Part shown: piece after piece, positions 19,679 through 30,511 of the stretch
Position numbering within the stretch: position 1 is the first letter of the stretch
Layout of the letters: each line of letters starts with the position of its first letter
Origin: Trypanosoma brucei
Lineage: Eukaryota
Direction of reading: 5' to 3'
Assembly (NCBI GenBank): GCA_000002445.1
Contig: CH464491.1
Coordinates: 448,001 to 512,000 of the forward strand
Length of the DNA stretch: 64,000 nt
Position numbers and translations under genes: made by a program
The notes under the pieces: model-generated
Told to the model about the DNA's origin: nothing
The model's input: the letters and a program-made list of their open reading frames with translations, nothing else
Database searches by the model: none

Positions 19679-20716
19679 CTACAATTTCTCCACCCACTTC
19701 TCATAACCCTCCCAGGGAGTGGACTCTCTGCAAATATCTTTTAATCCGCCCTCGCCCTGCTGGAACACCATAAAATGAGGAATTCCAGTCACCTTAATGA
19801 ACGGATGCGTGCGGTAGAGATATTTTGGGTTACCCAAATATACGGAGCGTTCAACATTGCATTGCACATAAACGACGCGGCGCTTCTCCTTCGCTGCCTT
19901 CACTGCGCGCTGCACCATTGGCTCTGCAAGAACACACGGAGGACACCACGACTTGTGGGTTTTGGGATGCGACACACCTTTTATAAGCACCACAAGGATA
20001 TCACCGGGTTGCAGTGCGGCTTTGACCTTCTCAAGTGTAGCATCGAAGTCCCTTGGATTTTTTACCAGAATGTTATCTGTATCATTCGCTGGGCCCATCG
20101 CTGTTTCGACTGGCGGATTGTTAATAAAAAACATGTGCTCCTCATGCGCTTCCACCGCTTCCTTGACAAGTGCTTCGGAAAGTCCAGCGGTGTCACGAGG
20201 AATGGGGCGAAAGGTTTCTGCGCGTCTGAAAAGACGGAGGCAAGTGGCGGGTCCCGAGTTGGAAGAAACAACTCGATGATACATTCCGGGGGGGAGAACA
20301 ATCACGTCACCCATTTTCCCCTCAATGCGTACCCACTCATCCTTCTCATTGCGCACATCCACATAAATAATACCACTTTCCACAATTCGCATTTGTTCAT
20401 CCACGTTAAGGTGTTCCATACTCTCATCCTTCGACGGTGTGGTAAACGTAACCTTCTCCAGTGTTTTGTAACCGAGGTTCCAAATGAGTCGCTGGGCGTA
20501 CGTACGGCCTTCATCGTCATCGGGGTGGCGTTCGTGAAGTGTTGCGACATCTATGCTGCGACTATAAACAAGAAATGTTTCCAATTGCACATCCGTCACG
20601 GGGACGTCTGGTGAGCAGTGACATGGTGCAGTAATATCACCCTCTTGTGTGTTCAATAACCAACTGCTCGGCATTGTTTGATTCTTCCGTTTTGTTTTCT
20701 TTTTTCTTTTTTGCAC
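19679..20716 (-). CDS. Fusion protein: acireductone dioxygenase (ARD cupin) N-terminal domain + TRP14/TXNDC17-like thioredoxin-fold C-terminal domain
   Basis: 345-aa ORF. The N-terminal half is colinear with ADI1 (GIIYVDVRNEKDEWVRIEGKMGDVIVLPPGMYHRV versus [33 protein letters not shown]). The C-terminal half matches TXNDC17 (HKSWCPPCVLAEPMV versus GKSWCPDCVQAEPVV, and VVYVQCNV...GIPHFMVF). The likely true start is Met15 (20674), because the first 14 codons are a Lys-rich translation of an A-rich tract. Confidence 0.8.
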   Translation of the reverse strand: MQKRKKKTKRKNQTMPSSWLLNTQEGDITAPCHCSPDVPVTDVQLETFLVYSRSIDVATLHERHPDDDEGRTYAQRLIWNLGYKTLEKVTFTTPSKDESMEHLNVDEQMRIVESGIIYVDVRNEKDEWVRIEGKMGDVIVLPPGMYHRVVSSNSGPATCLRLFRRAETFRPIPRDTAGLSEALVKEAVEAHEEHMFFINNPPVETAMGPANDTDNILVKNPRDFDATLEKVKAALQPGDILVVLIKGVSHPKTHKSWCPPCVLAEPMVQRAVKAAKEKRRVVYVQCNVERSVYLGNPKYLYRTHPFIKVTGIPHFMVFQQGEGGLKDICRESTPWEGYEKWVEKL

Positions 20717-20822
20717 CTTTAATTAACTTACCTGCACGGGTTTCGCAAAAGTTGACGATGTCTGTAACCTCGATGGGCCCCTAATTAAAGTCCACGATAT
20801 CGGGAACGGGAAGGAAGAGGAG

Positions 20823-20824
<2 letters not shown>

Positions 20825-20878
<54 letters not shown>
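20825..20878. repeat. (CA)27 microsatellite
   Basis: 54 nt of uninterrupted CA dinucleotide in the intergenic spacer. Confidence 0.98.
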
Positions 20879-20879
<1 letters not shown>

Positions 20880-21808
20880 CCAAGGAAAGAAAAAAAAGGA
20901 AAGGAAAGGATAAAAAGATTTTTAAAATATATTTCAAGAATGGTTAAAAAACGTATTGAACAGTGATTGGGAAGAGCTCACAAAACAAAATGATGTTATT
21001 AACTCTCACAAAGTTTTCCCCACTTTTGGAGTCCACATGAATGAGCTGAAGTATACCGCGCAGATTTGTGGTTTCACACATCTCCATATTTTGGGGGAGG
21101 GGGGATCGAAACCGAACCACAGTTAAATGTCGTGTCGCATCATTTCAACAGGACCCGAATGTTTGCCGTCACTTGAAATGTATTTTGACATGCCTCTCAT
21201 CCGGGTGATGTTAAGGGAAAAAGGGAAAGGCAGTAAAACAAAAAACAAAAAAACAAAAAGAAAAAAAATAATAACAACAACAAACAAAAAATAAATACCA
21301 ACTACGCGTGAGAAGGCGAAACTTAAAATGTTATGATGATCTGGACATAAGCCGTCCAACCAGCCCCCGTACAGTTATGGGTTGATTTAATATGTGAAGA
21401 TGCCAATTTTTTTTTGTAATTGCGGCCACATTTAAGTGTTATACCCAATTTATTACCATTCTTAACACCAAATAAACGTCGACTAAACAACATATATAAC
21501 AGTCAAAAATAATTTAGAAAAGAAAAATATAAAACAACTTTTATATACGTTACGGAAGTGGACAGGGGGATCGAAATAAGCTTGCGGTGTGCGTGGAGAG
21601 GGAGGGGAAAGGAACAATAATAACAGTGAAACAAGAAAAAAAAAAGGAAAAAGGTCCGGAGCGAAAAAAAAAAACAAATAGAATTAAAGTGGCCCAGCTA
21701 TGCAGAAGTTATGGAACGGTACGAAAAATATTAAACAGGAGTAATGCACAAAGAGGGGGAGAAGGGAAGATGGCACGACATAAAGTACTGACGCGACTTG
21801 CGCCGACG

Positions 21809-23227
21809 TCAGGTCTTTCCGAAAGTGCGTTCATTCATCACTGCCATTATTTGATTCCTCAGACTTCTTCTTATGATGGGCTTGATGATGAAGAATATCA
21901 AGTTCGGAATGAAACCAGAGAAATCGGCACCGATGGAGCCGATCTTTAAGTTATCGCACCTGCGATATATGGTCACAAACCCACCACCTGCTAGTAAAAT
22001 AATGAGATCAACCTTCAGGGCACAATTCTCTACCTTTAGGTCAACAGTGCCGTGCGTGAAATCAGCCGACTTGTTCTTAGCATTGCGATACGAATACGAC
22101 AGCGTCTCCAAGACAATCCGGCGCAAATTTAAACATATTCTCAGGTATTTTCCCCCTTCCTCCAGTGAAGCATAATTGTGGCTCAACTCCACTGTTTTCA
22201 TCTTGATGGGTCCAAGTTTCACTTCGTATTCCCTGCGTAGGAAGCAACTGACAAAATGTGTGGGCTCAGCCACCAGCTCCCGGCCACACAGCTCCTGCTC
22301 CATCAAACTAAAACACGAGGTAATCAAATCAGGGAGAATGGGGGCCATGTTGTTGCACTTCAAAACAATCTCTCTAAGCACAAAGCATCCGGAGCTGCGG
22401 CTAAAGACATCCGCCCATTGTCGCATCATATTCTTTAGGTTCACACATTCACGTTCCTTTGCCACGGTAAACTCAAGGAGGTCCATGCAGCCCACGGAAC
22501 TACCGCTTATGTTGCAGCTTTCATGTCTCTCCTTACCATCAAACCTGAGGCCTTTGGTACCATCTTCCGAAGCGGTGGCGCAGTTTCGCTCAATACCCAC
22601 ACGATGCACACCAATTCTTGCGACACCAATTTTCGGCATTGCTTTCAGCCGTTGCGCATTCCCTGATGTGTTTGTTGTTTGTTGAGGCTTGGAGTCGATG
22701 GTACTCCCCTCTTCCTCGCGTTTTGCTTCACGTAAAGCAGTAATGTTAGCCCACGGGAGAGTTGGTGTCCGGGTGGGGCCGCCCCGCCGCAACATTTCAT
22801 CATCCTCCTCCGGTAACAACAGGGGCTGCGAGGCAGCGGGGTGTGGTGCAACAAATGGAGGGATGAATTTCACATCCCAAGAAGAAGTATCCACCGGGAA
22901 GGCAATGGCAACTTCGTTATACGCATCATGCTGCGAAACGTTGCTAAGTGGTTTACTCTTCATTTTTTCTATTTTGGCGGCAGCCTCCGCGGACAACGTT
23001 TCTTCTTGCTCATTACACCTCCTCACTGGTTGCGTGTCCTCTACGGATTGTATAAGGTACTTTCCGCAATGCGGCGCCAAGTCCACTTTGCTGTGCACGA
23101 ACCGCACAGCGTCCTCCACATCTTTGTTAAACTTGAGTGCGGCAGCAAAGTATTTTTTTCCAGCATATGGGAAGAGGGCCTGCAACAACAACATGTTGCC
23201 CTCCTCCATAGCACTTCCATTATTCAT
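21809..23227 (-). CDS. Hypothetical protein (possible N-terminal CUE-like helix bundle)
   Basis: 472-aa ORF in the polycistron sense. The N-terminus LLLQALFPYAGKKYFAAALKFNKDVEDAVRFV resembles the CUE pattern (xFP ... Ax..L). No other domain was recognised. Confidence 0.7.
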   Translation of the reverse strand: MNNGSAMEEGNMLLLQALFPYAGKKYFAAALKFNKDVEDAVRFVHSKVDLAPHCGKYLIQSVEDTQPVRRCNEQEETLSAEAAAKIEKMKSKPLSNVSQHDAYNEVAIAFPVDTSSWDVKFIPPFVAPHPAASQPLLLPEEDDEMLRRGGPTRTPTLPWANITALREAKREEEGSTIDSKPQQTTNTSGNAQRLKAMPKIGVARIGVHRVGIERNCATASEDGTKGLRFDGKERHESCNISGSSVGCMDLLEFTVAKERECVNLKNMMRQWADVFSRSSGCFVLREIVLKCNNMAPILPDLITSCFSLMEQELCGRELVAEPTHFVSCFLRREYEVKLGPIKMKTVELSHNYASLEEGGKYLRICLNLRRIVLETLSYSYRNAKNKSADFTHGTVDLKVENCALKVDLIILLAGGGFVTIYRRCDNLKIGSIGADFSGFIPNLIFFIIKPIIRRSLRNQIMAVMNERTFGKT

Positions 23228-23852
23228 TTAAAAGCGACTACACACTTGTGATGATGAAGGGAAGAAGTCTGAGAAGGAAATGATAGACGCGCCTCCACAC
23301 ACAACCATAAGGCGGGTGTCACCGTTTGTTCAAAGCACCGCGCCAACTTAATGCGTTAACCAAGTGAACAAAAACAAAAACAAAAAGGAAAGTAACCCTA
23401 ACCACAAATAATCAAAAAATAGTAAACGTAAACATGAATCTAAGAAAAAGGTATAGGAAACGAAGGTATAGAAAGAAAGGTAATCTTTTACACAAAAAAG
23501 ACCCATTGTTCAACTATCACACTGTATGAGAAAATTACCCTCCTCCCACACACTTCAATAAAACCAAAAAGATAAAACAAAGTAATGCGTGAGGTCACGA
23601 GGATAGAGTGCACCCAATGACATTTAAAAGGTAAAAAAAAAATGAGTGCGCCTAAAACACACGGCATACACACTTCACAAAAAAAAAAGCAAAAAATAAG
23701 TAAATAAACAACAACCAAATACTCAGCTGAAGTACTAGCAATGTTATAAAAGAATAAGTCACCATCTATGGCATCTTTAAAAAAAAAAATGCACCACTAG
23801 CGCTTCCATTTGACAAATATATATATATATATATATATATGTATACGCCCTC

Positions 23853-26800
23853 TCAAGTAGACTTCAAACAGCGCCGAACACGGGCTGCAATACATGGAAA
23901 CGTGGGTTCCCACATCTTTAGGCACTCCGCCTCACGATGCAGCACTTCATCCAACACACATGTTATCCGCCTATCCGTATCAGACACGAGACCGGGGTTA
24001 CATAAGTTAAACCTGCGCTCCATTGCCTCACGGAGGTGCAACGCCACAAAAGTTTCCGGCGCTGGACGCTTGCGGCGCAATGGAGGGGTGTAATCTGACA
24101 CCATTAACACAATGCGGGATGCAACTGCCTCAGCTGCTGTAAGCCATTCCGCGCCCACGCCATCGCTTTCCCGCGGGATGCATCGGTAACGGATGAAACA
24201 GGTTAAAAGTAAGAGAGACCAAAGAAGAGTGTTGCGCGGGTGAGCGATAACCATGTCATCCTTCATACCGTTCAAACAGGGACGGGACACGGAATCGTTA
24301 TTTCCACACAAGTTACCGGTGGAAAAAACTTTACTGTGGCGGAATTCTTCAATCCAGCGACCGGTAGAACTGCACAGTGATGTAATGCATGTCAGAGAGT
24401 CCCAAACAACGTCATGCAACGCACAGAGGTTACGCCTGAATTCTTTGCACTGCCCAAACTCATCGAAAAACTGCGAGAGGAAAAATGTTATCTCCTTGTA
24501 CCCCACATTATGGGTAGTATGCGCATTACGGAAATCAGCATGCGTCATTTGTGCATAAGGCACCGTCTTCACGTCGTGAGTGACCTGCCCAATATCAGAG
24601 CCAACCATGGGGCGAATGGCAATGTTATGAAACAACTCCCCTATAAACAATGGAACAACGCGGAGAAACACACTATTGCGCATGAACGTCTGACGCTCCG
24701 CACAAGCAGCTTCTTTCATAGCGTCCATACTGTTTGGTTTTGTGTTGCTCCTTTCCAAAGCCTCACACTGCGCTTCCATGTAAAACCCCACAAGAACCGC
24801 CCGTCGTAGAGAAGCATTCAGTCGTGGGAGATCTTCCAGTAGACTTGAAACGATATTTAGAAGTTCAGCATGAGGCTGCCGGATCTCGTGCACGTCTGCC
24901 ACAACGCCTTCCACGCCGCCTTCGTTACGAAGGCGGGTTCTTTGGATCGCTGCGTACCGAAATGCACCCAACCAGACAAAAAAATCCAAAATATTGCAAC
25001 GCAGTGCACAATTCACACAAGTGTCATATTTCAGCTCTTGCTCTTTGCCACATTCACCACAGCACTCTTCTGACTTGTCATCACTGTCGGGAGCGGGCGT
25101 CATTGACGTCCGGCACAAGTCTGTGAAACGGCTTTGCAAGGCGCACCGCTCCGCCACACTTTTCGCTGGAAGAAAAAGAGCCGAGTAAAAGTTGTCAGAA
25201 CCGCTGCTTCTCACCCCCGCACGGTTCAAAATTACCCCCGTGGCGAGGCTTCTACAGTTATGGAACAGCCTCTTTACAATGCACAGCACTCTGCACGAAC
25301 GTGGAATGCACACAGCAAAAATATCGACCCCTTCACCTCCGCGAGCACTCCTCCGCTCAATGGGACAGATCACCGTCAACAGAGAAAACATAGTGATAAA
25401 GTAAGCAGAAGAACCAGCAGTGTTTTTCACGGCTGCCATTGCTACGCATAACCACGAGGCTGCTGTGGAAAGCCTCTCTGATTCCACAATAGATTCATAC
25501 CACTTCCTGCTACACCTGTTCTTTGTATCGGACAGAAGCATGCGAAGTACATGCACTAAAGGCTCAATGCTATCGCTTGACAAACTTCTTCGCCGGCAAA
25601 TGTTGGGAAGAACGACGTCGATTACGGATAGGCAAGTCCCCCTTTGAAGAGACGAATCCTGTAGCATAGTGCACAAGCATATAAGATCCGCATCGTGAGA
25701 ATAGCCCTGTATGCCAAAAAAATTTATGGCACGGATCTCATACCGCTCAAGTGCTTCCAAAAGCATAAACGCACACCCCTTTCTAGAAGAATTTGTTGAT
25801 GTCCCCACCCGCACTGCAAGCAACTCCTTGAGCGGCCCGATAACCTTGTGAAGTTGCCGCACGGAAGATATGTGAGGAACCCCATCGCCAATGTACAACT
25901 CCCCCAATATCTTGCACGTAAGATTGCAAAGGCCTTCGAACGACGGCGTGTAAGGCTCACCCGTGTCGTTACTTCGCCCTTCAATGGACATAAACCCGTA
26001 GTGACACAGGGAAATGAGCGATCCCGCCTTCTGCCAATTGGTATTCATCGCCTCAACACTGCGCATACTCTTTCCTCCACGCCCCTCTTCACTCTTTTGC
26101 AACATGTGAAATACGGCAACTAGGGAAATCTTAGTTCGTATTGCTGTCGCGTGTATTTTAGTAAATGAATCCCCCTCAGCCATGTCACCCCACAACATCA
26201 ACCCACCCTCAGCGACAGTCCTGATTTGGTTTAAAGACAAGGACGCCCCTTCCAAATGAGTCCTCAATCGGTTCATAGCATACAAAAGTTCTCCTTCAGC
26301 TCCCTGCTTGCCCGTGTGATCCCCGCGAAGATGATGCGCATACCGCAGTAGTGTGATGATTTGGTCAATACTCAACTTCACAAAGGGAGTACTGCACGAG
26401 CGAAAGCATTGCACTAAACGATATATAAGGCGCCTCTGGCACCTGCTCATTACCGTGCCGTGCTGCAGAGATTCCCAACGCGACGGCTGCTGATTCAGGG
26501 AAATTAGCAAACTCACAGCAAGGTGGTGATGCAGCCGATCCACAAGCGGCTCAAGGTATGCATCCACACGTTCTAAATGGACTGCTCCACCAAGTGCAGG
26601 ACAGAAGAACTTTAAAAAAAGTAGCAGAACGAAAAAAACGGGATCTCCTCCACCTTCCATGCACCCAAACCTATCCACAACCAGTCCGTCAGCGTTAGCG
26701 CCGCTTCCGGAATTAAAGCAACTGTTGTCTTGACGATATGTGCCTCTAATGCCGCAAGGAGGGGACAGGTCGCAACCCTCTTGCAGAAATTTCTCGATGG

Positions 26801-27266
26801 ACAAAAATAATCCTCGTATAAGCTGCACTGAGTACCCATACATATACAATGTCTGTAGAATAGACACAAAGGAGGCGAAGAATGAGTCCCTGTGGTCCGA
26901 CGGGAGACAAATAACTTGGGCCTCACCTTCAACAATCTCCTTCCCTCGCCCACGGACTGCACCACCGCGGTAACAGCGGAGAAAGATTTTCAGAAGATGT
27001 GCAGTTAGAACGGGGTGACGCACATTTAACCCTGATAGTCCCTTAAGAAGGTGGGCAACATGTTTCCCCCGATGAAAGTTCGGGAGCGCTGTTAGAAATG
27101 ATAACACAAATGCATGGACGTCGCGTGGAGGTATGCGCAACTCTCCAAGGGAAAGTACGGTGGTGCTTATCGTGTCCGCATCGTAGAAATGGAGGGAGCG
27201 GTATGCCTGCCGGGCCAATGCTGCCAAAACAGGGACACACTTAGAGAGTGAAGAAAAAGCTGGCAT
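23853..27266 (-). CDS. Large hypothetical protein (1137 aa), no recognised domain
   Basis: Uninterrupted 3.4-kb ORF in the sense orientation. Helical, Leu/Cys-rich composition. Confidence 0.85.
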   Translation of the reverse strand: MPAFSSLSKCVPVLAALARQAYRSLHFYDADTISTTVLSLGELRIPPRDVHAFVLSFLTALPNFHRGKHVAHLLKGLSGLNVRHPVLTAHLLKIFLRCYRGGAVRGRGKEIVEGEAQVICLPSDHRDSFFASFVSILQTLYMYGYSVQLIRGLFLSIEKFLQEGCDLSPPCGIRGTYRQDNSCFNSGSGANADGLVVDRFGCMEGGGDPVFFVLLLFLKFFCPALGGAVHLERVDAYLEPLVDRLHHHLAVSLLISLNQQPSRWESLQHGTVMSRCQRRLIYRLVQCFRSCSTPFVKLSIDQIITLLRYAHHLRGDHTGKQGAEGELLYAMNRLRTHLEGASLSLNQIRTVAEGGLMLWGDMAEGDSFTKIHATAIRTKISLVAVFHMLQKSEEGRGGKSMRSVEAMNTNWQKAGSLISLCHYGFMSIEGRSNDTGEPYTPSFEGLCNLTCKILGELYIGDGVPHISSVRQLHKVIGPLKELLAVRVGTSTNSSRKGCAFMLLEALERYEIRAINFFGIQGYSHDADLICLCTMLQDSSLQRGTCLSVIDVVLPNICRRRSLSSDSIEPLVHVLRMLLSDTKNRCSRKWYESIVESERLSTAASWLCVAMAAVKNTAGSSAYFITMFSLLTVICPIERRSARGGEGVDIFAVCIPRSCRVLCIVKRLFHNCRSLATGVILNRAGVRSSGSDNFYSALFLPAKSVAERCALQSRFTDLCRTSMTPAPDSDDKSEECCGECGKEQELKYDTCVNCALRCNILDFFVWLGAFRYAAIQRTRLRNEGGVEGVVADVHEIRQPHAELLNIVSSLLEDLPRLNASLRRAVLVGFYMEAQCEALERSNTKPNSMDAMKEAACAERQTFMRNSVFLRVVPLFIGELFHNIAIRPMVGSDIGQVTHDVKTVPYAQMTHADFRNAHTTHNVGYKEITFFLSQFFDEFGQCKEFRRNLCALHDVVWDSLTCITSLCSSTGRWIEEFRHSKVFSTGNLCGNNDSVSRPCLNGMKDDMVIAHPRNTLLWSLLLLTCFIRYRCIPRESDGVGAEWLTAAEAVASRIVLMVSDYTPPLRRKRPAPETFVALHLREAMERRFNLCNPGLVSDTDRRITCVLDEVLHREAECLKMWEPTFPCIAARVRRCLKST

Positions 27267-27827
27267 GAATAGAATGTCTCCTCTTTTTTAATATATATAT
27301 ATATATATATATAAGCAACAATTAGAGCTGAAAAAGAAAAAAAAAGTCGCAATTGATTTTTTTTTAAAAAAGAAAGTTCAAAAGGTTGAGTGCACATATT
27401 CACAACCCTGCGGATTCGTATCATTAGCTCATCATGTATTGTAAACACCACTCAGGCTGAAGAGTCGGAACCAATGACATGTCCCTTGGATAGTCCCACG
27501 TACCACATGAAAAGGCACAGAAAAACATTTAAAGAAACAATGAGTCGCCGCCGCCGTGCTTGTCTTGGGATAATAAAAAGGCAACCAAACAAACACCCAA
27601 CCAATGCCACGCGCTCACACAAAGATGCGCAACGGATCAAAAGGAGATTGCCAGAGCGTCTTCTCGCAGATGTCACAAACAAGAGCAGGCACATAAGAGT
27701 CATAACTTATAATAACAAAAAAAAAAAGCAAAGGCATGTCCAGCAGTAAAACGGACAAAAGCCCTAGTCGATGTCCATACCGGCTTGGTTTGCGCACTCA
27801 GTTTCTAATATTACAGAACATCTTGCG

Positions 27828-28571
27828 CTACTTTACTCGCGCCAACACCAGCGTCCCGCAGGGCACGTCTATTCTGTTGTAAAACCACAGCGCATTCTGT
27901 GCCCTCCGTTGGCCGCGTGCATCATCTGCCGTGACTCCCACGGATGAGTGCTTCAGCAAACTCGCCACCCCGCTACCACTCAATGAATTTGAACCACTCC
28001 CGCTAAGTAAAGGCGACTTGTTAGAACGATTGATACCAACATTGTCACCACTAACCGCTTTGTCAACCTCACCGGATGACTGTTCGTCACTCCTCTCGCA
28101 GAGATGTACCACAACGCGGTTACTCATCGACTCCCTGCCGCCATTTATTTCGGATACTTGACACCACGTGCCTTCAAACACCAACTCGCCAAATTCACGA
28201 GTCCGCAACCGCACTATTGGATGCGGAGTCTCCAGCGTGTCTGCATCAAACCTAAGCGCCTCAGGGGCAAATTTGGTTTCCATCCCCGAGGTCCCACCCT
28301 TAGATGCGTCTTGAGCTGAGTTACATAATGTTTCACATATATGCGCATTGCGGAAGAAATCGAGGCAGGGAAAACGGAGGAGAATTGTTCGTTTTTCCTC
28401 CACTGTTAGAATCTCCTCCACGAAAGATTCCTCAGTGTCTTTGCGTTCGGAGTCATCTTCTAACTTAAAATCCTTCTTATCCTCGTTGTGCCTCAGGGAC
28501 CTCGAGGTGGCCGACCGCCCGCGCTTCATCAAGTAGAGGGTTGAAGAAAGAGGTACAGCGGTTCCTTTCAA
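27828..28571 (-). CDS. Hypothetical protein (247 aa)
   Basis: Sense-strand ORF with a Ser-rich, low-complexity C-terminal half. Met15 is an alternative start. No domain recognised. Confidence 0.6.
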   Translation of the reverse strand: MKGTAVPLSSTLYLMKRGRSATSRSLRHNEDKKDFKLEDDSERKDTEESFVEEILTVEEKRTILLRFPCLDFFRNAHICETLCNSAQDASKGGTSGMETKFAPEALRFDADTLETPHPIVRLRTREFGELVFEGTWCQVSEINGGRESMSNRVVVHLCERSDEQSSGEVDKAVSGDNVGINRSNKSPLLSGSGSNSLSGSGVASLLKHSSVGVTADDARGQRRAQNALWFYNRIDVPCGTLVLARVK

Positions 28572-28875
28572 TTATCACAATTGCTCTTCCCTTTCTTTAT
28601 TCACTTTCCCCCGTTCCCTCCCCCTCCTTCTTTATTAATCTTACTGATGTTGCACCGTAAATATATGGTGAAAGAGAAACCGACAAATAAGATTAAGTCA
28701 GAGCGCTAGCGCTTCTTGTGAAACGGGAATGCACGTAACGGTGAATGAAGTAAGTAAGCCCATTACACGGTTCTTTAGAGTTGACATGAACAAAGAAGTA
28801 TAAGAGGGAATAAGTTGGTTGTTAAACTGGGGAAAAGAAAAACACCACAGGTCGCGGCAACCAATATGCCTAAAC

Positions 28876-30102
28876 TCAGATGTGAAACACCTCAACACAT
28901 GTTTGGTAGAACTGTTCTTGGGCTTCCTCCTCTGTAATATTTGCAAGAAAGGCATCCCCCCTCTCTTCCCCCATTGTTCTCACCGTACCAACGTAAGCTT
29001 CGAGTACCTGCCGCAAGTGGCAAGGCTCGGTGCGGCGCTCACTGCAGAGCGTCGGATCAAACGGCTTTCCCCTCCGATTGGTGGGAAACTGAGTTCGAAG
29101 GAAGCGGGCACCATAGTGCTGTTGCCTAATGTCGCACCATGGTGCATCGGTTTCCAGCATCAGCCGATCGCGCGGAATGCTACAAACCTGCTCAGAACGT
29201 TCCTTTTCCCTAAACGCACTGCCGTTTATGCTGAAATAAACACCTGGAATGGCGAGAAGCCGCTCCTGCTCCTCAGGACTCCCATTGTAGCTATGCACAA
29301 CACCTACGAATGGGGTTTCAGATGTCCACGAACGCACCTCCTCTTCAATTAGTTCAACGAAATCCATACCACAATCACGCGAGTGAAGTATGAATGGGAG
29401 ACCCAAAGTCCTGAGAACCCGAAACTGTTGAATAAAGTATTCCCTCTGTACCTCCTTTGGGCAGTAGGAAAGCTCTGCGTAATCCAAACCAATCTCCCCT
29501 ACAGCAACCACAACATCACGATTCTCATTCACCAATTCCACAAGTTTCTCCATACGCTCGTCAGAATGGTGTAGTGAGTCATCGGAATGTTCCCCTGCAG
29601 AGTAATAAGGTACTTGGATCGAAACATCATCTTCTGCTGCAGCTTCAATAGCCTTCCAATCCATCGGCCGTGTCATCTCCGCGCAATGCGCAGGGTGCAC
29701 CCCAACCGTGCAACGAAGGACAGATGGATAGCGACGGCAGAGACGTATCGCCTTTACACACTGCGGAAGGCTCGTACCAGTGATGATGATCTTCCCTACG
29801 TTGTGTTCCACTGCGCGACGCATCACCTCGTCAAAGTTATCATCATGAACACGTCGACCCTTCCAATCAACGCCACGGAAGACGCAATCGGTGAGGTTTA
29901 CCGCAATGTCGACTAAACAAGGAACGGAAGATCCCCTCATGTCGTCTCTAAACGTTGGGTTTATCGTATAATTAGGGGAAAAAATAAGGGAAGGGTCAGA
30001 AGGTGTACAACTACCTACGTCTAAAGACATACGAGAGCTTCCGAATAGACTCAAACTCCCACCGCGGATGAAGTCACGTTTGCACGTAACGTTGTGGTGC
30101 AC
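28876..30102 (-). CDS. TatD-family metal-dependent deoxyribonuclease/hydrolase
   Basis: 408-aa ORF with TatD motifs in order: VDIAVNLTD, VGVHPAHC, AVGEIGLDY, LPFILHSRD, GVVHSYNGS, YFSINGSAF and LMLETDAPWC. The N-terminal ~55 aa may be an over-extension (internal Met25 and Met55). Confidence 0.88.
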   Translation of the reverse strand: MHHNVTCKRDFIRGGSLSLFGSSRMSLDVGSCTPSDPSLIFSPNYTINPTFRDDMRGSSVPCLVDIAVNLTDCVFRGVDWKGRRVHDDNFDEVMRRAVEHNVGKIIITGTSLPQCVKAIRLCRRYPSVLRCTVGVHPAHCAEMTRPMDWKAIEAAAEDDVSIQVPYYSAGEHSDDSLHHSDERMEKLVELVNENRDVVVAVGEIGLDYAELSYCPKEVQREYFIQQFRVLRTLGLPFILHSRDCGMDFVELIEEEVRSWTSETPFVGVVHSYNGSPEEQERLLAIPGVYFSINGSAFREKERSEQVCSIPRDRLMLETDAPWCDIRQQHYGARFLRTQFPTNRRGKPFDPTLCSERRTEPCHLRQVLEAYVGTVRTMGEERGDAFLANITEEEAQEQFYQTCVEVFHI

Positions 30103-30511
30103 TCAAATACACTCAAATATAATATGCCGATGCAGCCTGTGAGCAAATGTGTGATGTCGCTCATGTTAATAAGCAAAGTCCAAGAAAATAGAAAAAACGG
30201 AGACGCACAAAATAGCTGGCACACAACCGAAACAAGTGTGCCTTCACTTCGCACCAACCATAAAACATAACTCATGCAAAAGGTGAGGAAACCCTCATCG
30301 AAGCATACAGAGTTGCAAAGAAAAAAAAAAGGAAGCAAAAGATTAACACTTGCCTGATGGCACGAAAAAAAAAAAGACAGAGAAAACGAAAGCGCTGTGA
30401 AAGAAACCAAGTACACGAAAGGTAAGAGCGCACGTAGAGCGTTTATGTAACTTCCTATGGCGTCCACCATTCCCCTCCTTTTTCCATTATACACATCCTT
30501 CACAGCTGCGC

